Assembly (NCBI RefSeq): GCF_009914755.1 | Contig: NC_060934.1 | DNA from: the human T2T-CHM13v2.0 reference genome, Homo sapiens | Length of the DNA stretch: 64,000 nt | Strand: one strand, 5' to 3' | In this document: positions 1 to 12,951 of the stretch, piece after piece | How the letters are laid out: every line of letters starts with the position of its first letter | Position numbering within the stretch: position 1 is the first letter of the stretch | Position numbers and translations under genes: made by a program | The notes under the pieces: model-generated | Told to the model about the DNA's origin: nothing | What the model saw: the letters and a program-made list of their open reading frames with translations, nothing else | Database searches by the model: none

Positions 1-155
1 GGTCCATAGGCAAAAGGGACTAACCTTGTCTCAGAAGAGACTTTGGACTTGGACTTTTGAATTCATGCTAGAATGAGTTAAGACTTTGGGGGATTACTGA
101 GAAGGGATTATTGTATTTGAGAAGGGCATGAGATTTGGGAGGCCAGGGGTGGAAT
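1..155 (+). mobile_element. 3' end of MaLR (MST-type) internal sequence with polypurine tract
   Basis: 'gagactttggacttggacttttga...gagttaagactttggggga...gagatttgggaggccaggggtggaa' is the typical THE1/MST-int 3' end directly before an LTR. Confidence 0.85.
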
Positions 156-569
156 AATACGGTTTGAATTTGTGTCCCCACTAAGTCTCATGTTGAATTG
201 TGGTCCCCAATGTTGGGAGATGGGGACTGGTGGGAGGTGGTTGGATCTTGGGGGTGGATTTCTCCTGAATGGTTTAGCGCTATCCCCTTGGTGCTGTTCT
301 CAGTGTAGTGAGTGAATTCTCATGAGATCTGGTTGTTTAACAGTGTGCTCCTTCCCCCTTGTTCTCTCTTGCTTCTGCTCCTGCCATTTGAAATGCTTGC
401 TCCCCCTTTGCCTTCCACCATTATTGGAAGCTTCCTGAAGCTTCCCCAGAAGCAGAAGCTTCTATGCTTTCTGTACAGCCTGCAGAACAGTGAGTCAATT
501 AGACCTATTTTTTAAAAATTACCCACTCTCAGGTGTTTCTTTATACCAGTGTGAGAATGGATTAATACA
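156..569 (+). mobile_element. MST-family (MaLR) 3' LTR
   Basis: Starts 'taatacggtttgaatttgtgtcccc', contains 'ctgtacagcctgcagaacagtgagtcaatt', ends 'gagaatggattaataca'. Confidence 0.9.
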
Positions 570-653
570 ACCTACACTTTAGACTAAATGGTTACCCATT
601 TAGTCTAAGACATATATAGAACATTCCATCCAACAACAGCAGAATACATGTTC

Positions 654-698
654 CTCCCAAAATGCTGGGATTACAGGCATGAGCCACAGCACTTGGCC
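654..698 (-). mobile_element. Alu 5'-end fragment within a duplicated block
   Basis: 'ctcccaaaatgctgggattacaggcatgagccacagcacttggcc' is the reverse complement of the Alu 5' end. Confidence 0.85.
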
Positions 699-903
699 TA
701 TATCCCCTTTCTTTTGGCTGATTTCTCCCTTTGGAATGGGAGTATTTACCAAATGCCTATATTTTCATTGTATCTTGGAGGTAACTAACTTGTTTTTGAT
801 TTTACAGGTCCATAGGCAAAGGGACTAACCTTGTCTCAGAAGAGACTTTGGACTTGGACTTTTGAATTAATGCTAGAATGAGTTAAGACTTCGGGGGATT
901 ACT
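699..903 (+). repeat. Duplicated MST-int segment; 807-903 copies 1-98
   Basis: 807-903 differs from 1-98 by 2 substitutions and 1 indel. Confidence 0.95.
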
Positions 904-3439
904 CCATGTTCAAGTGTACATGGAACATTCTCCAGAACAGGTCATGTATTAGGCCACAAAACAAGTTACAACAAACTTAAGAAGATTGAAATTATATCTC
1001 ATATCTTTTCTCACTACAAAGGTATAAAACTATAAATCAATAATAGGAAGAGTTTAGAAAATTCACAAGTACATGGAACTTAAACAATCTGCTTTAGAAT
1101 GATCAATGTGTCATTGTACTCAATGGTGAAAGTTAAAAGCTTTCCCCCTAAAAGAGAAAAAGACAAGAATGATTTCTCTCAGCAATTTCATTCAACATGA
1201 TACTGGTAGTCCTAACCAGAGCAATTGGGCAAGAAAAAGAAATAAAAGGCATCCAAATTGGAAATGAATGATTAAATTTTCCCATATAATCTTATATATA
1301 GAACACCCTAAATATTTTGTGAAAACCTATTAGAATAAACAAATCCAGTAAAGTTGCAGAATATGAAATCAAGATATATAAATCAGTAGCATGTCTATAG
1401 ATTAAAAACAAAATATCTGAAAAAGAGACAAAAAAAATCTCATTTATGATAGCTACAAATAAAGTAAAATAGGGCTAAATTTAACCAAGGTGGGGAGTGC
1501 CCTGTATACTCAAAATTATGAAACATTGAAGAAAAAAACTGTAGAAGACACTAATAAATGGAATGATATTGTGTTCATGGTTTCGAGGAATGAATATTGT
1601 TAAATGTCCATACTGCACAAAGTTACCTACAGAGTCAGCGTACTCTCTATCAAAATTCCATGACATTTTTCACAGAAATAGAAAAAAAATTCCAAAGTGT
1701 GTATGAAATCATAGAAGATTTTGAAAAGCCAAAGAAACATTGAACAAAAAGAACAAAACTGGAGGCATCACACAACCTACTTCCAAATATACCACAAAGT
1801 TATAGTAAAAACCCTTTGTAGCATGAAACAAAAAAAGTTATAGTAAAAACCATTTATATCACAAAACAGATACATAGACCAATGGAATAGAACAAATAGA
1901 AATAAATCCACATATTTATAGTCAACTGATTTTCAACGAAGTTTCCAAGAACACACAATAGGGAATAGACAATCTCTTCAATAAATGGTGTTGGAAAAAC
2001 TAGATATGCACAGGCAAAAAAATAAAATTACATCTTTATCTCACATTGTATACAAAAATCAACTTCAAATGAATTAAAGACTTAAATGTAAGAAACTAAA
2101 CTCTAAAAGCTCTATTCATGACATGGGTCTAGGCAATGAATTTTTTATATGAACCCAAAGGCACAGGCAACAAAAGCAAAAATAAACAAATGGAATGACA
2201 TCAAACTAAGAAGTTTTTGTACAGCCAAGGAAACAGTCAACAGAGTGAAGAGACAACCTATGAAATGGGGTAAAATATTTACAAACCATGCAGCTGATAG
2301 GGGTTAATATCTAAAATATACAAGGAACTTGAATGACTATTACCAGATTTTTAAACTGGGCAAGGAAGCTGAATAGACATTTATTAAAGGAAGACATACA
2401 TATGGTCAATAGGCATATTAAAAATGATCAACATCACTATTCATGACAGAAATGAAAATCAAAACACAATGAAATATTACCTGACATCTGTTCCAATGAC
2501 TATGATAAAATGATGAATGATAACGATTGTTGGTGAGAATGTGGAGAAAAGGGAACCCTTGAACACTGTTGGTGGGAATGTAAATTAATATAGTAATTAT
2601 GGAAAGCAGTATGGAGATTCCACAAAAATTAAAAAAAACTAGTATATGATTGAGCAATTCCACCGCTAGATGTATATCTATAGGAAAGTAAATCAATATA
2701 TTGAGGAGATACCTGCATTCCCATGTTTATCGCAGCATTATTCACAATAGCCAAGATACAGAATCAACCTAAGTAGATGAATGGATGAAGAAAATGCGGT
2801 ATATATACACAATGAACTACTAATTAACTGTAAATAAGAAAAAAAAAAAGTCCTGCCATTTGGGACAAATGGATGAACCTGGAGGACATTATTTTAAGAA
2901 ATACAATCCAGGTGCAAAAAGTGTAATCTCACTTACAAGTGTAATCTGAAAATGTTGATCTCATAGAAGCAGAAAGTAGAATGGTGGTTAGCATATGCTA
3001 GGGTTGAGGGAATATTGAGGAGATACTGGTCAAAGATTCAAAATTTCAATTAGGTAGGAGAAATAAGTTCAGTAAATCTCTTGTACAACATGGTGAATAT
3101 AGTTGAAAACAATGTACTGTATTCTTGATAATTACTGAGTAGATTTTAAGTGCTCTCCCTACAAAAAATAACTATGTGAGGTAATACATAGTTAATTAGC
3201 TTGATCTAGCCATTCCATAATGTATACATATTTCCATGCAACATATAGTACACAATAAATACATACAAATTTTACTTGTCAGTTGAAAACATTGAATACA
3301 TTAAGACATAGCAAAACATCTGAAAGGAGATCTTAGAATGCAATAATCAGTGAACATGATTCCAAACACAAAAAGTGTTCACAAAAAGTGAACACAAAAA
3401 GATATTCATAAAGTTTAAAAAGTCTAATATGTACCAGAC

Positions 3440-3880
3440 AGAGTTCACTGTTGCCAAGGATAATTTGAAATGGGCACATCTATTCCCTTTCAGTAACTGT
3501 GTAAATTGTGTAGCATTTCTAGAGAATTGTACTATATCTTAAAATATGCAGGCATATTAATCTAGAAATGTATTCAAGCAAAGAGAAAAAACGTGTGAAA
3601 ATATGTTCATTGCATTAATGTCTGTAATACTAAAAAGAACTGAAAACAAATTGTGTCCATCAATAAAAGAACTGGACAAATTATTTATAAGCCATACATA
3701 ATAAAACATTATGCAGCTGCTTAAAATTACAGTTTTTTTGGGATACCTAAGACATGAGTGAACTAACACAAATATAATACTGAAACCATTGGCTAAATGC
3801 ATTTATTGATGTATGACTGGAATGGAGAAATGGAATAGAGAAAATTCACCAGAATGTTGACAGTGGTTTTCTATGAATGG
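3440..3880 (+). mobile_element. Old L1ME/L1MC-type 3' fragment
   Basis: 'atgttcattgcattaatgtctgtaata...tgtccatcaataaaagaactggacaaatt...cattatgcagctgcttaaaa' resembles the old L1 ORF2 end and 3' UTR. Confidence 0.6.
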
Positions 3881-3894
3881 AGGGTCTTAGCAGG

Positions 3895-4340
3895 TGTTGT
3901 CAATGCTCTTTCCATACCCACTAGCTTTTGTTTTTCCTATGCAAGCTTTTCTGTGCTCTACTGGCAATTTCTGGAACTCTGCCTCTCATCTTTCTCCAGC
4001 CCTATATGTGGAATAATCAGGAAGTGAGGAAAAACGAAGGTTGGGAGGACAGCCCTCTGGGAATGATAAATGGTATTTAGAGAATAAACAATCCAGCTTC
4101 GTCCCCCTTGGGTACAGGGGGTTACAGCTGTGAGGAATGGTCCCTGTTGTCTCCCAGAGGTCTCCAGGAGACTGAACTCCTGTTGTTTTCAGCAGTCAAC
4201 TATTCATTAAGGCACCCTCATTGGATTCTTTCCATTGTCTTTATTCCATACTCTGCTAAGAGTGCTTCCTGATTTCACCTTCCACATAGGTTAGTTGCAC
4301 TCAAATCTTTGCCATAGCTGCTGCTTAGGAAAGCATAAAA
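3895..4340 (+). mobile_element. LTR16-like ERVL solo LTR
   Basis: 'ctcccagaggtctccaggagactgaactcc...gtgcttcct...ttgcactcaaatctttg...ctgcttaggaaagc' resembles the LTR16 3' half. Confidence 0.55.
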
Positions 4341-4654
4341 ATGAGTTGTTTGAATTTTTTTCTTTCTTCGTACTCTTTTCTACTGCTTACATATTTTTCT
4401 CTATGTATGTTTCTATATACACATGTAAATAACTTATGGTCCTCAAAATGAAATACTCACTTTCATAGGTCTGCAACACTCTTGACTCACAAACACCCTA
4501 TCTGTGAACCAACTGCTCATGTCATACTGCCCTAAGCTTCTTCTGGACACTCAACTATAGTTTCCTAGGAACAGCCTGTCTTCTCTCTTGACCTGCTAGA
4601 AGACATATAGAGCAGCTTTCAGCATATCTCCTTCTCTAAGAGTATAATTAACTT

Positions 4655-5000
4655 GAGCACAGTGCACGGCACGTAGGCAGTACTCAATAGTATCTGGAAA
4701 CTATATTAATGAATAAATGAATGATACCAAAGCTTGCTACTGAAATCTCTAAACTTCTGCCCCTGGAATTAATTGCCTACATTCTGGGACTAATCAAATT
4801 CTGCTTTGAGTAAGATATCTTTTTTTCAAATATCTGTCTAGGCAGATGATCATTAAGCATCTGGGTTGGCATGTGACCTGGGCAAGCTGCTGACACTCTC
4901 AAAGACTCAGTTTTCTCTACTTGAAAGTGATGGAGTGTTGATATGAGGATTAAAGGAGATTATTTATGTATAGCTTTGACAGTGTGTAATAGGAATTCAA
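4655..5000 (+). mobile_element. L2 3'-end and MIR fragments
   Basis: 'gcacagtgcacggcacgtaggcagtactcaatag...aatgaataaatgaatga' and 'tgtgacctgggcaag...ctcagttttctc...gaggattaaaggagat'. Confidence 0.6.
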
Positions 5001-5694
5001 ACAGTAGAGAAGCATATGGATGTATCAGGATGTGTTCAACCTTTGAAGACTGGCCAGTTCTACACTGCACTATGTGATAGAGTCCTTTGTTAGGAACGTC
5101 TGCTGGCAAGGCAGTAGGCTGGAAATCAGAATCACTAATAATTTAGGAACTGCCTTTATATTCTTACACCTAACTTAGACATCTAAAAGAGTTTTGTTCT
5201 TTGAATATTCTAAAAGTGAATTGCCAAATTTATAGGTTCCATACTATTTATTCAATTTATATGGGCATCTTATTGTCCTGACATTCCATTTTTAAAAGCA
5301 GATTTTCCCCTTTGCCTTGGACAATACGTCAAAGTTTTAATTACCATATATCATAAACTCCTCTTAAAGCAATATAAAATATATATGTCCTATAATTTCA
5401 ACAAGCTTCTACAACCATGTTTATTCACAATTATAAAGGCCAGAAGCATCTTTACTATATACAACTTCCATTAAATAACAGTTATTAAGTGCTGCCCTGC
5501 TCCGTGCAGTATATGTAAACTGCTAGATACGTCTTCCATAATATTAAAGATGTCCCTAACTAGCTTGTCTAGAGATTTACATTACTTAAGAAGTCCCATT
5601 GCTGGAAAAAGTTCCATGTACATAAAGATAAGTTAAACTTCCTAAACATGCTTTCCCAGTGACTAAAGATATTTGTGTGATTTGCTTTTGTGAG

Positions 5695-5724
5695 TGTCTG
5701 TCTGTCTGTCTCTCTCTCTCTCTC
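5695..5724. repeat. (TCTG)n(TC)n microsatellite
   Basis: Direct reading. Confidence 0.9.
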
Positions 5725-7596
5725 ATATTTATCTGCCCTATTTGCTTATCTTTCTATTGCCTCCTATTCTGACCTCCATTTGGAGATGAAAATGTCACCC
5801 GTCATTGCAGATGTGTACACATGTGATCTTTAGATCTGGTAGACAAGGCTTTTCTTTTTTTTCTTTTTTTTTGCACTTGACTCTAACTGCATCTGTCAAT
5901 GTTCTTTTCCATTGTCTTAGTTTCTGTTGAATACGCAGTACGTATACATACCTGAAAATGCTATATTCATTTTAGGAAACATTGATTTAAGCATAGACTA
6001 GATGACTTTTTAGGGGAAGATTTAAAAAATGTGCAAAAGGAAAAGCTAGCAGCCTTATAAAGTACAATTATATCAGCTCTATACATTGATAAAGGAATTT
6101 TTGTTTTAGGCTTGCAAAATATTTCTGCACATTATGATTAATTTTATATCTGTTTTCCAGAAATATGGAGGGACACAAAAGGTTTGGAAAGAATTCAGAG
6201 GAGATTATTAAGATGAACTGAATTTCCATAAAAGAAGCCAGATAGCTATCTACTAATGGCAATGGACATATGGAACATGGTAGATAATTTTGAGCAGGGG
6301 TCACCTCGTCTCCAGCTTACACTTCTGAGAAAACAGAAATATTTTCAAGAAAGGAGAAAGAAAACAATATTCTGATCATGGTAATTCTAAGTTTTCAAAT
6401 TCCTTGTGCATGTGTATGTTTCGGATTTTGAAGTTCTTTTTCCCCCCTCAGAAGTTGGTATATTTAGACTTGCTGAAAAACAGAGGAACAGATATTTAAT
6501 ACCCTAGCAAATTTCTCAGTTCTTTCTATCTGTAAGCTGGTTTGTTAAAGCCTTGAGAAAACCTTAACATTGCTATTAACTGGTGACAAATATATAGAAA
6601 AGTTACAGAGTCTCCGATATGTTATCATTTGCCTTATTGGTAAGTAAGTACATTTCTTTTCTTCTTTACCTACTGAGTCCATGAGGAGCCCTATGTGTTT
6701 TGGTACAAGTTAGAAAAAGCAATCCCATTAGTAAATATAGTGGTATTTTATGTTTTTATAATGCAAATGGAATGTCTGTACCAATGGCACCAAGCCAAAG
6801 ATAGAACCATTTGGTCTGAAAGTTTTATGCAAACTAGGTTTGTGCTGGTTTTGTCTCTGTCTGTGACTGAGACAAATTAAACAGCAATTATATGAGACAG
6901 TCTTGTCTTCATGGAGAACTAAGATGTCTTTTATATATGAACTGATATTTTATTATTTTGTGCACTTACATTTTAAATTAATGGTCTAGTTAATTATAGT
7001 TGAATTCAAGTCAAAATTCTATAAAAGTGCAGGTGACTGGCATCCACATTAATATCAAATTGTTCATCAGGAGTCCTGTTATTAGAGTAAATACCAAGAA
7101 AATTTACTATGATTGGGTCATTATTTTAAAGTGTCCCAATTTTAACATTTTTTTTTTCTGGACAGTTGTGTTTTATTAGGATTGGGTAATTTACATTCAT
7201 TATACAGAGTCTTACTGTATCATAAATTAAGGAAATATTAAGAAAAAGCATGTAGATTTACAAGTTGACAGGCAATCAGAGCTTTATGTTTTAGAAATAG
7301 TTGAGGTTTGAATGAACATTAGGTCCCTTTACTTGAAGGAATTGAAAACATTCTTAAATAGAATTCCATCTCACCCAAGTTGGCATCAAGGTTGGTTGGG
7401 CCAAAGGTTATTAGTATGGGAAGGGGATTTAAGAAACAGTGTGATTGCTGTGGGAACTGATATTAAAAGCGCCACAGGGCTAAGTTGGACTTGAATTGCT
7501 AAACTTGGCCTCTCATACATAGCTCATCTATAGAACACGTGGAGCCATCTCCTTTTACTACAGTTTAAGAGGAAGTTATACATGATACCTCCTCTA

Positions 7597-8046
7597 TTTT
7601 TTTAATCAACTTTTAAGTTCTGGGGTACATGTGCAGGATGTGCAGGTTTATTACACAGGCAACCATGGTTTGCTGCAAAGATCAACCCATTACCCAGGTA
7701 TTAAGCCAAGCACCCATTAGCTGTTCTTCCTGATGCTCTTCCTCCCCTCGTCCCCCATTCAATAGGCCCTAGTGTGTGTTGTTTCCCACCATCCATCATG
7801 TGTCCACGTATTCTCATCATTTAGCTCCCACTTGTAAGTGAAAACATGCGGTGTTTGGTGTTCTGTTCCTGCATTAGTTTGCTGATAACAACACCTTCCA
7901 GCTCCATCCATGTCCTTGCAAAGGACATGACCTCATTCCTTTTTATGGCTGCATAGTATTCCATGGTATACAGGTATGACATTTTCTTTATCCAGTCTAC
8001 TGTTGATGGGCATTTGGGTTGATTCCATGTCTTCGCTATTGTAAAT
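7597..8046 (-). mobile_element. 5'-truncated L1PA (older primate) 3' end
   Basis: 'ttttaagttctggggtacatgtgcagga...ttttatggctgcatagtattccatggt'; ORF 7821-8072 encodes the ORF2 C-terminus (TWNQPKCPS..DWIKKM..YTMEYYAAIK). Confidence 0.95.
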
Positions 8047-8884
8047 GTATATAAAATTGACACAAAATACACACCTGACTAATGGACTTTCACAAGGGGT
8101 CTTCACCAAAATATTAGAGGAGACAAGAAAACAGCAACATTAATATTAATTCAGCTTTCCATGTCATGTGAGTCATCTCTTAATTCCCTTTACTGCTACC
8201 TATTTTTCCTATCTTCTTACCACCATGGAAGACAGTCACTAAGAGGGGTATCCACTCTGTGAGAGGAGGTTAGAGGGAAGACAAGACTGTAGGACCCTGG
8301 GCTTCATTCCCCACTATAGACTAGACAGTTTCACTCATCTGTTTTATGCTTCACTATTCTATGTAAAATATTATCTGAAAAAATTCTACTGCTAAATATA
8401 ATAGTATTTCATGTATGGTATATACAATCATTATTTCATTTCTAATATATTATATAATATGTATAATGTACTATAAGATATATGTTATACATTATTTTAT
8501 TATTACAAGTTATACGTGTGTGTGTGCATATGCGTGTGAACATATATAAACTCATTAAGGTAGATGTTGATAGCCTTAGTATATGTGGCTTCATTTCGCT
8601 AACCCAAGCCACTTAAAATAGCAGGAAAAAAATTTTTTAAAGAAATTCAGCCACAACTCCCTGGGTGGGAGGGAAGAGTCAGCATGACCTCAGTAGAGCA
8701 GAAATTTTGAGCAACACTTGTAAGACCGAAGGCAAATTGATGTTTATCCCACCAAAAATTGTACTTGAATTCTTGCTAGTGTGTTTTTCCCTTTATACCC
8801 ATGGTTCATCTACCAGAAAAAAACCAACGTATCATTATTGTTCAATTTTAATTTTTTTCTGTTTCCTATGACATTTTTGTTTTT

Positions 8885-9095
8885 ATTTTTTAATTGATAA
8901 CAAAATTGTATATATTTATGGGTACATAGTTATATTTTGATACATATAACATAGTGATCAGATTCAGCATCTCAAACACTTATCATTTCTTTGTGTTGAA
9001 AACATTCAATATCCTCCTTCTGCTATTTGCAAGTATATATTGTATTATTGTTTACTATAGTCATCCTACAGCAGTATAGAATACTAGAACTTATT
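8885..9095 (-). mobile_element. L1MA-type 3' UTR fragment
   Basis: 'aattgtatatatttatgggtacatag...cttatcatttctttgtgttgaaaacattcaatatcctcc...tagaatactagaacttatt'. Confidence 0.8.
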
Positions 9096-10299
9096 TTTTG
9101 ACTACTAGTTAATTTGAACATTTTCTAATAGCTATTCAGCTGTATTTTTTGTGTCATCTATTAATTTCCTTTTCCCTTTTAAAATTACAATATTTGTGTT
9201 TTGCTTATTCATGCATCATAAAAGTGTATGAATTATTTGTCCACAAATGATGTTTGACATTTGTTATTTTTTTGACGCTACTTCCTAATTTTCAATTTGC
9301 TCTTTAAATCTTCTTTATGGAACTTACATTTTCAATCTATAAAATGGCAGAAAGAGCTCCAGACATATACTTTATCTGTTAGGTGTGAAGACAATTAAAA
9401 AGAGAAAAGTAATGAAAAGCATACCCAACTTCATAGTTGGAAGGTACATTCTAAATTCATGGTGTACACAGTTATGTCAATAACTGGTGAGCTCTAATAA
9501 TACTTATTACTTTGGATTCCTAAATTGTATAAAAAGATTAAATTGATCAACCTCTCTTTCAGCATTTTTAATTTCATACCACTATCCAGATTTTGAATAT
9601 CCCATATATCATAAAGGAATAATTTAACGCTAGATTTTTTTGACCTCCAATTTGACAGTATCTTTCATTTTTTAAATGAATGTAATCATCCTTGGCTATG
9701 AAGTGTGATAATTAACTCAAATTGTACTTTGGAATTAAAGGCATTTTCAGACAGTTGTGGGCAGTTCATTGGTTATAAGTGGGATGCTTATTATGAGGGG
9801 TAACTTAATTTAATCATTATTGTTTGAATTACTGCACATAGATTGTGTTATTCATCTGTGAAAAAGAGTATCCACTGCTTCCAGTTCTTAAAGAAGTCCT
9901 GAAGAAACTGTGAAAAGCATATTTTCATGTTAAGAGAAAATTTTCACGTTTAGAAATGGTACACAGTCTTACCCTAGCTTTGCGGTTACAACCTATATTA
10001 ATAACCAACAATTTGGGTATCATTTATGTTCTTAACCACCCTCCCCCACAAAAAAACCTATTTTCAGACTTTAAAAAACTATCTACCAAAGAAGTGAGTT
10101 CTATTCCTAACCATAATATTAGTTGTTATGAGGCTTTGGATAAATCAGCTAAGCAAACGTTTTCTGCCTCAAATCTTCATCTATTCATGAGATTACATCA
10201 TGTCACATCAGTTTTATTTTTATAAAATTCTGATTCATTTAGGATATTATTTTTCTGCATATTTTATTTATATGTATATTAAGTGAATTAAATTTTTGC

Positions 10300-10770
10300 T
10301 ATTTGTAGCTAAAAATAATCCAGTCTATCTTAAACTAAAAACAGAATTCACTGGCTCACAAATCGCATTTAGATTCTCATTCAATGTCATCACAAATTGA
10401 TCTTTTTCTGTCTCTCAATTGTATTTTTCAGTGTGTCGGCTTCATTCTCGAAACAAGCAAGGAGGCCAAAATAGCTTCACATTTATATCTAAACTTCTTG
10501 GCAATCTAGTGGACGAAGAGTACCTCACATTGGAACTTTTTGGAAAACACTTGAGGAGTGGCTTTGAGCCACATTTCTGTTTAACAGAACAATTACTGTG
10601 GCCAAAGGCATACGGTACTTTGATGGGACAAACCTGGGCCTTCATCCATTGCTAAAGACAAGGAGTGGTATCATGTGAAAGAGAAATTCCCCAGAGGAAA
10701 ATCGAGTGCTGACAATAGAAGGGGAAACAGATAGTTGAGCAGGCAAAAAACCACCAGATGAACCAGCCAG
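10300..10770. mobile_element. Possible old MLT1-type LTR fragment
   Basis: Degenerate similarity only ('aattcactggctcac', 'ggcttcattctc', 'attccccagaggaaaatcgagtgctg'). Confidence 0.35.
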
Positions 10771-12399
10771 AAGACTCCTGTCCAGTAGTAACATGTGCTT
10801 TAATTCTATTTCCTCTCCCACAAATGGATCACAAAATTCATTGAGATATGCTGTCCAGTAGTAAAGTTATCTTCACATCTGGGTCAGAGAATATGTACAA
10901 ATTTATCTTTTCTGAACGTCTTGTTGAAACATTAATCCATATAAACTCTAGAACATGTCAGTATAAATAGGACTGAGTAACAATGACAGGAACAATCCTC
11001 TAATGGAGAAATTTTAGGCTCTGAAGCCTCAAGTTTGTTTGAATTACAGGAGTCCAAGCTTTGGTGACTTTATTCACAGCAATAAAGCATGGTCTGAAAA
11101 TGGAATGCCCCGAGGCCTTGTACCAGGTCTATGACTAGGAAGGGAAAGATCGAGCAGAGAGTATCACCTAGAATCATCATTTGAATTATGATGTAATAGC
11201 TAAAGAATACATTACCTAACATTTAGAAATTGTCTGATAAAACATTTGTATTGACCTTCAAGTTTCAGAAATTGGATTTCAATCTTAAGGGACTTTGGAA
11301 CTTTACATTTTTATATCACTTGAAGCATTTGACTTTCTTCCCCGCTGGGCCATCCTAACTTCTACCAGTTTATCCCACCTCAGTTAATGCAAATCATTGA
11401 GGCTGAGCCTCCTTTTATTTTTTTTTTTCTCTTTCTAATAATGGCATTTGTATTTTATTAGTAGGTGCTCTTTGCATCATATATGACACTGCCCAGACAA
11501 CATTCACAGATCCTAGAGTGACTTGAACTTGTTCAGACACATCTATTTTTGCCTCATATAAACCCTCTCCACCAGTCTGATGTACTTACTGATTCAAGAA
11601 AAAAAAAAAACAACTTTTACTTGTAGGAATAGAGCCTTCTAGGGGTAGAGAGGAACCCATTGGGTTTTCTTTTAAGAACACTGGAGTCATTCACTACAGA
11701 TCATAACTCTCCCCTTTCCCCAAGTTTACCAGAGTCTGAGCTTTTATTTTGACCATAAATTTGTTCTCACAGTAGTCAGGGCACATTAACCCCTCTTTAT
11801 TGGACACATTATTACCTTAAATTGTTGCATAAAGACCTAGTTTTCTTGCATTTTTCCCCACGATGTTTGGATTGCATCTGCTTTTTTCTATGCTATAAAA
11901 CTTTAAGAGTAAATATTTATCTGTCCATAATGAGGCCCAGAGATTTCTGGAATCTGCATGTTCCAGAAGAAAGTCAATCATTTCAATTTAGTTTTAACAA
12001 GAACCACCTAAACTGCCTATTGATTTTTGTCTTCACAATCAACTACATATAGAAAAGGAAGATTGGACTCCAACATGGGCCTTAGCACTGCTGGCTTCAT
12101 GAGCTTCTGGAAAAATTCATACTGCACAACTTAAGTCTGATATTACGTTAACAGGCCTTACAGTCAAGTCTTCTTCAATGTGACCTTGGTTTTCCTTTTC
12201 AGTCACGTCTTCTACAGCTGTTCTATAGACTCTCTCCTTCAACCATTCTGACCAATACACAACATAATACCATATTTATTTCTTAGAGCAGAGACCTCTG
12301 AAAGTTGAAAATCATCTTTCAATTGAAATTTGAAAGATGGATTTGATTTCAGTGGACAAAATTCTCAGGGCTTTCTGAAAATTCCCAAGAAGCATCATT

Positions 12400-12675
12400 G
12401 TCATGTCATTGATCTTCTAAACGAGAATGAAATCTGCATGCTCATGAGAAACCACTTCCAACCTCAGACATTGCCCATGGATCACAGCATTGCTTCTTCA
12501 AGGCTCAAACATATTTATTATATTACATGTGGGGCTTATTTATTTACTTATTAACTATCTTCCCTTACTCGAATGAAAGCAGGAAGTTTTGACTTTTTGT
12601 TCACTGCTATATCCTCAGCATTTAGAATAGCATTTCACATATAGTAGGCACTCAGTGTAAGTTTGTTAAATAAAT
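12400..12675 (+). mobile_element. L2 3' fragment
   Basis: 'ttgttcactgctatatcctcagcatttagaatag...catatagtaggcactcag...tttgttaaataaat'. Confidence 0.75.
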
Positions 12676-12951
12676 ATAGTTTAGAATCCTTTTCAGCCTA
12701 GAACTACTGTCCAGCAGTCTTAATGAATTGGTATTAGAATTCAAGATTAAATCTACTGGCCATCTGTATTTGCCACTTCATGGGCTACTGCGTATTTCAC
12801 TGTTTGTCCTGAATATTTCTCATCTTCCTCATTACTAGACACATAATAAAGCCACACAACTAAATAATGTTACCTATAATTAAACTTTTTAAAGGAAGGC
12901 ATTCCTCATGAATAATGCACAGATGCCAAGAGTTATCAGTTACTGGATTCC

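Larger units (their letters stand above)
570..3290 (+). mobile_element. L1 (L1MA5/6-like), decayed ORF2 plus 3' UTR, internal deletion near 1115
   Basis: Endonuclease-region motifs (acattccatccaacaacagcagaatac), RT/C-terminal motifs (atagaccaatggaatagaa, ttcacaatagccaagata) and an L1MA-type 3' UTR ending near 3290. Confidence 0.9.

Noticed and set aside
3366-3402. cacaaaaag repeated three times with a gtgttcac/gtgaacac mini-hairpin
   Set aside because: Too short to distinguish from slippage or chance
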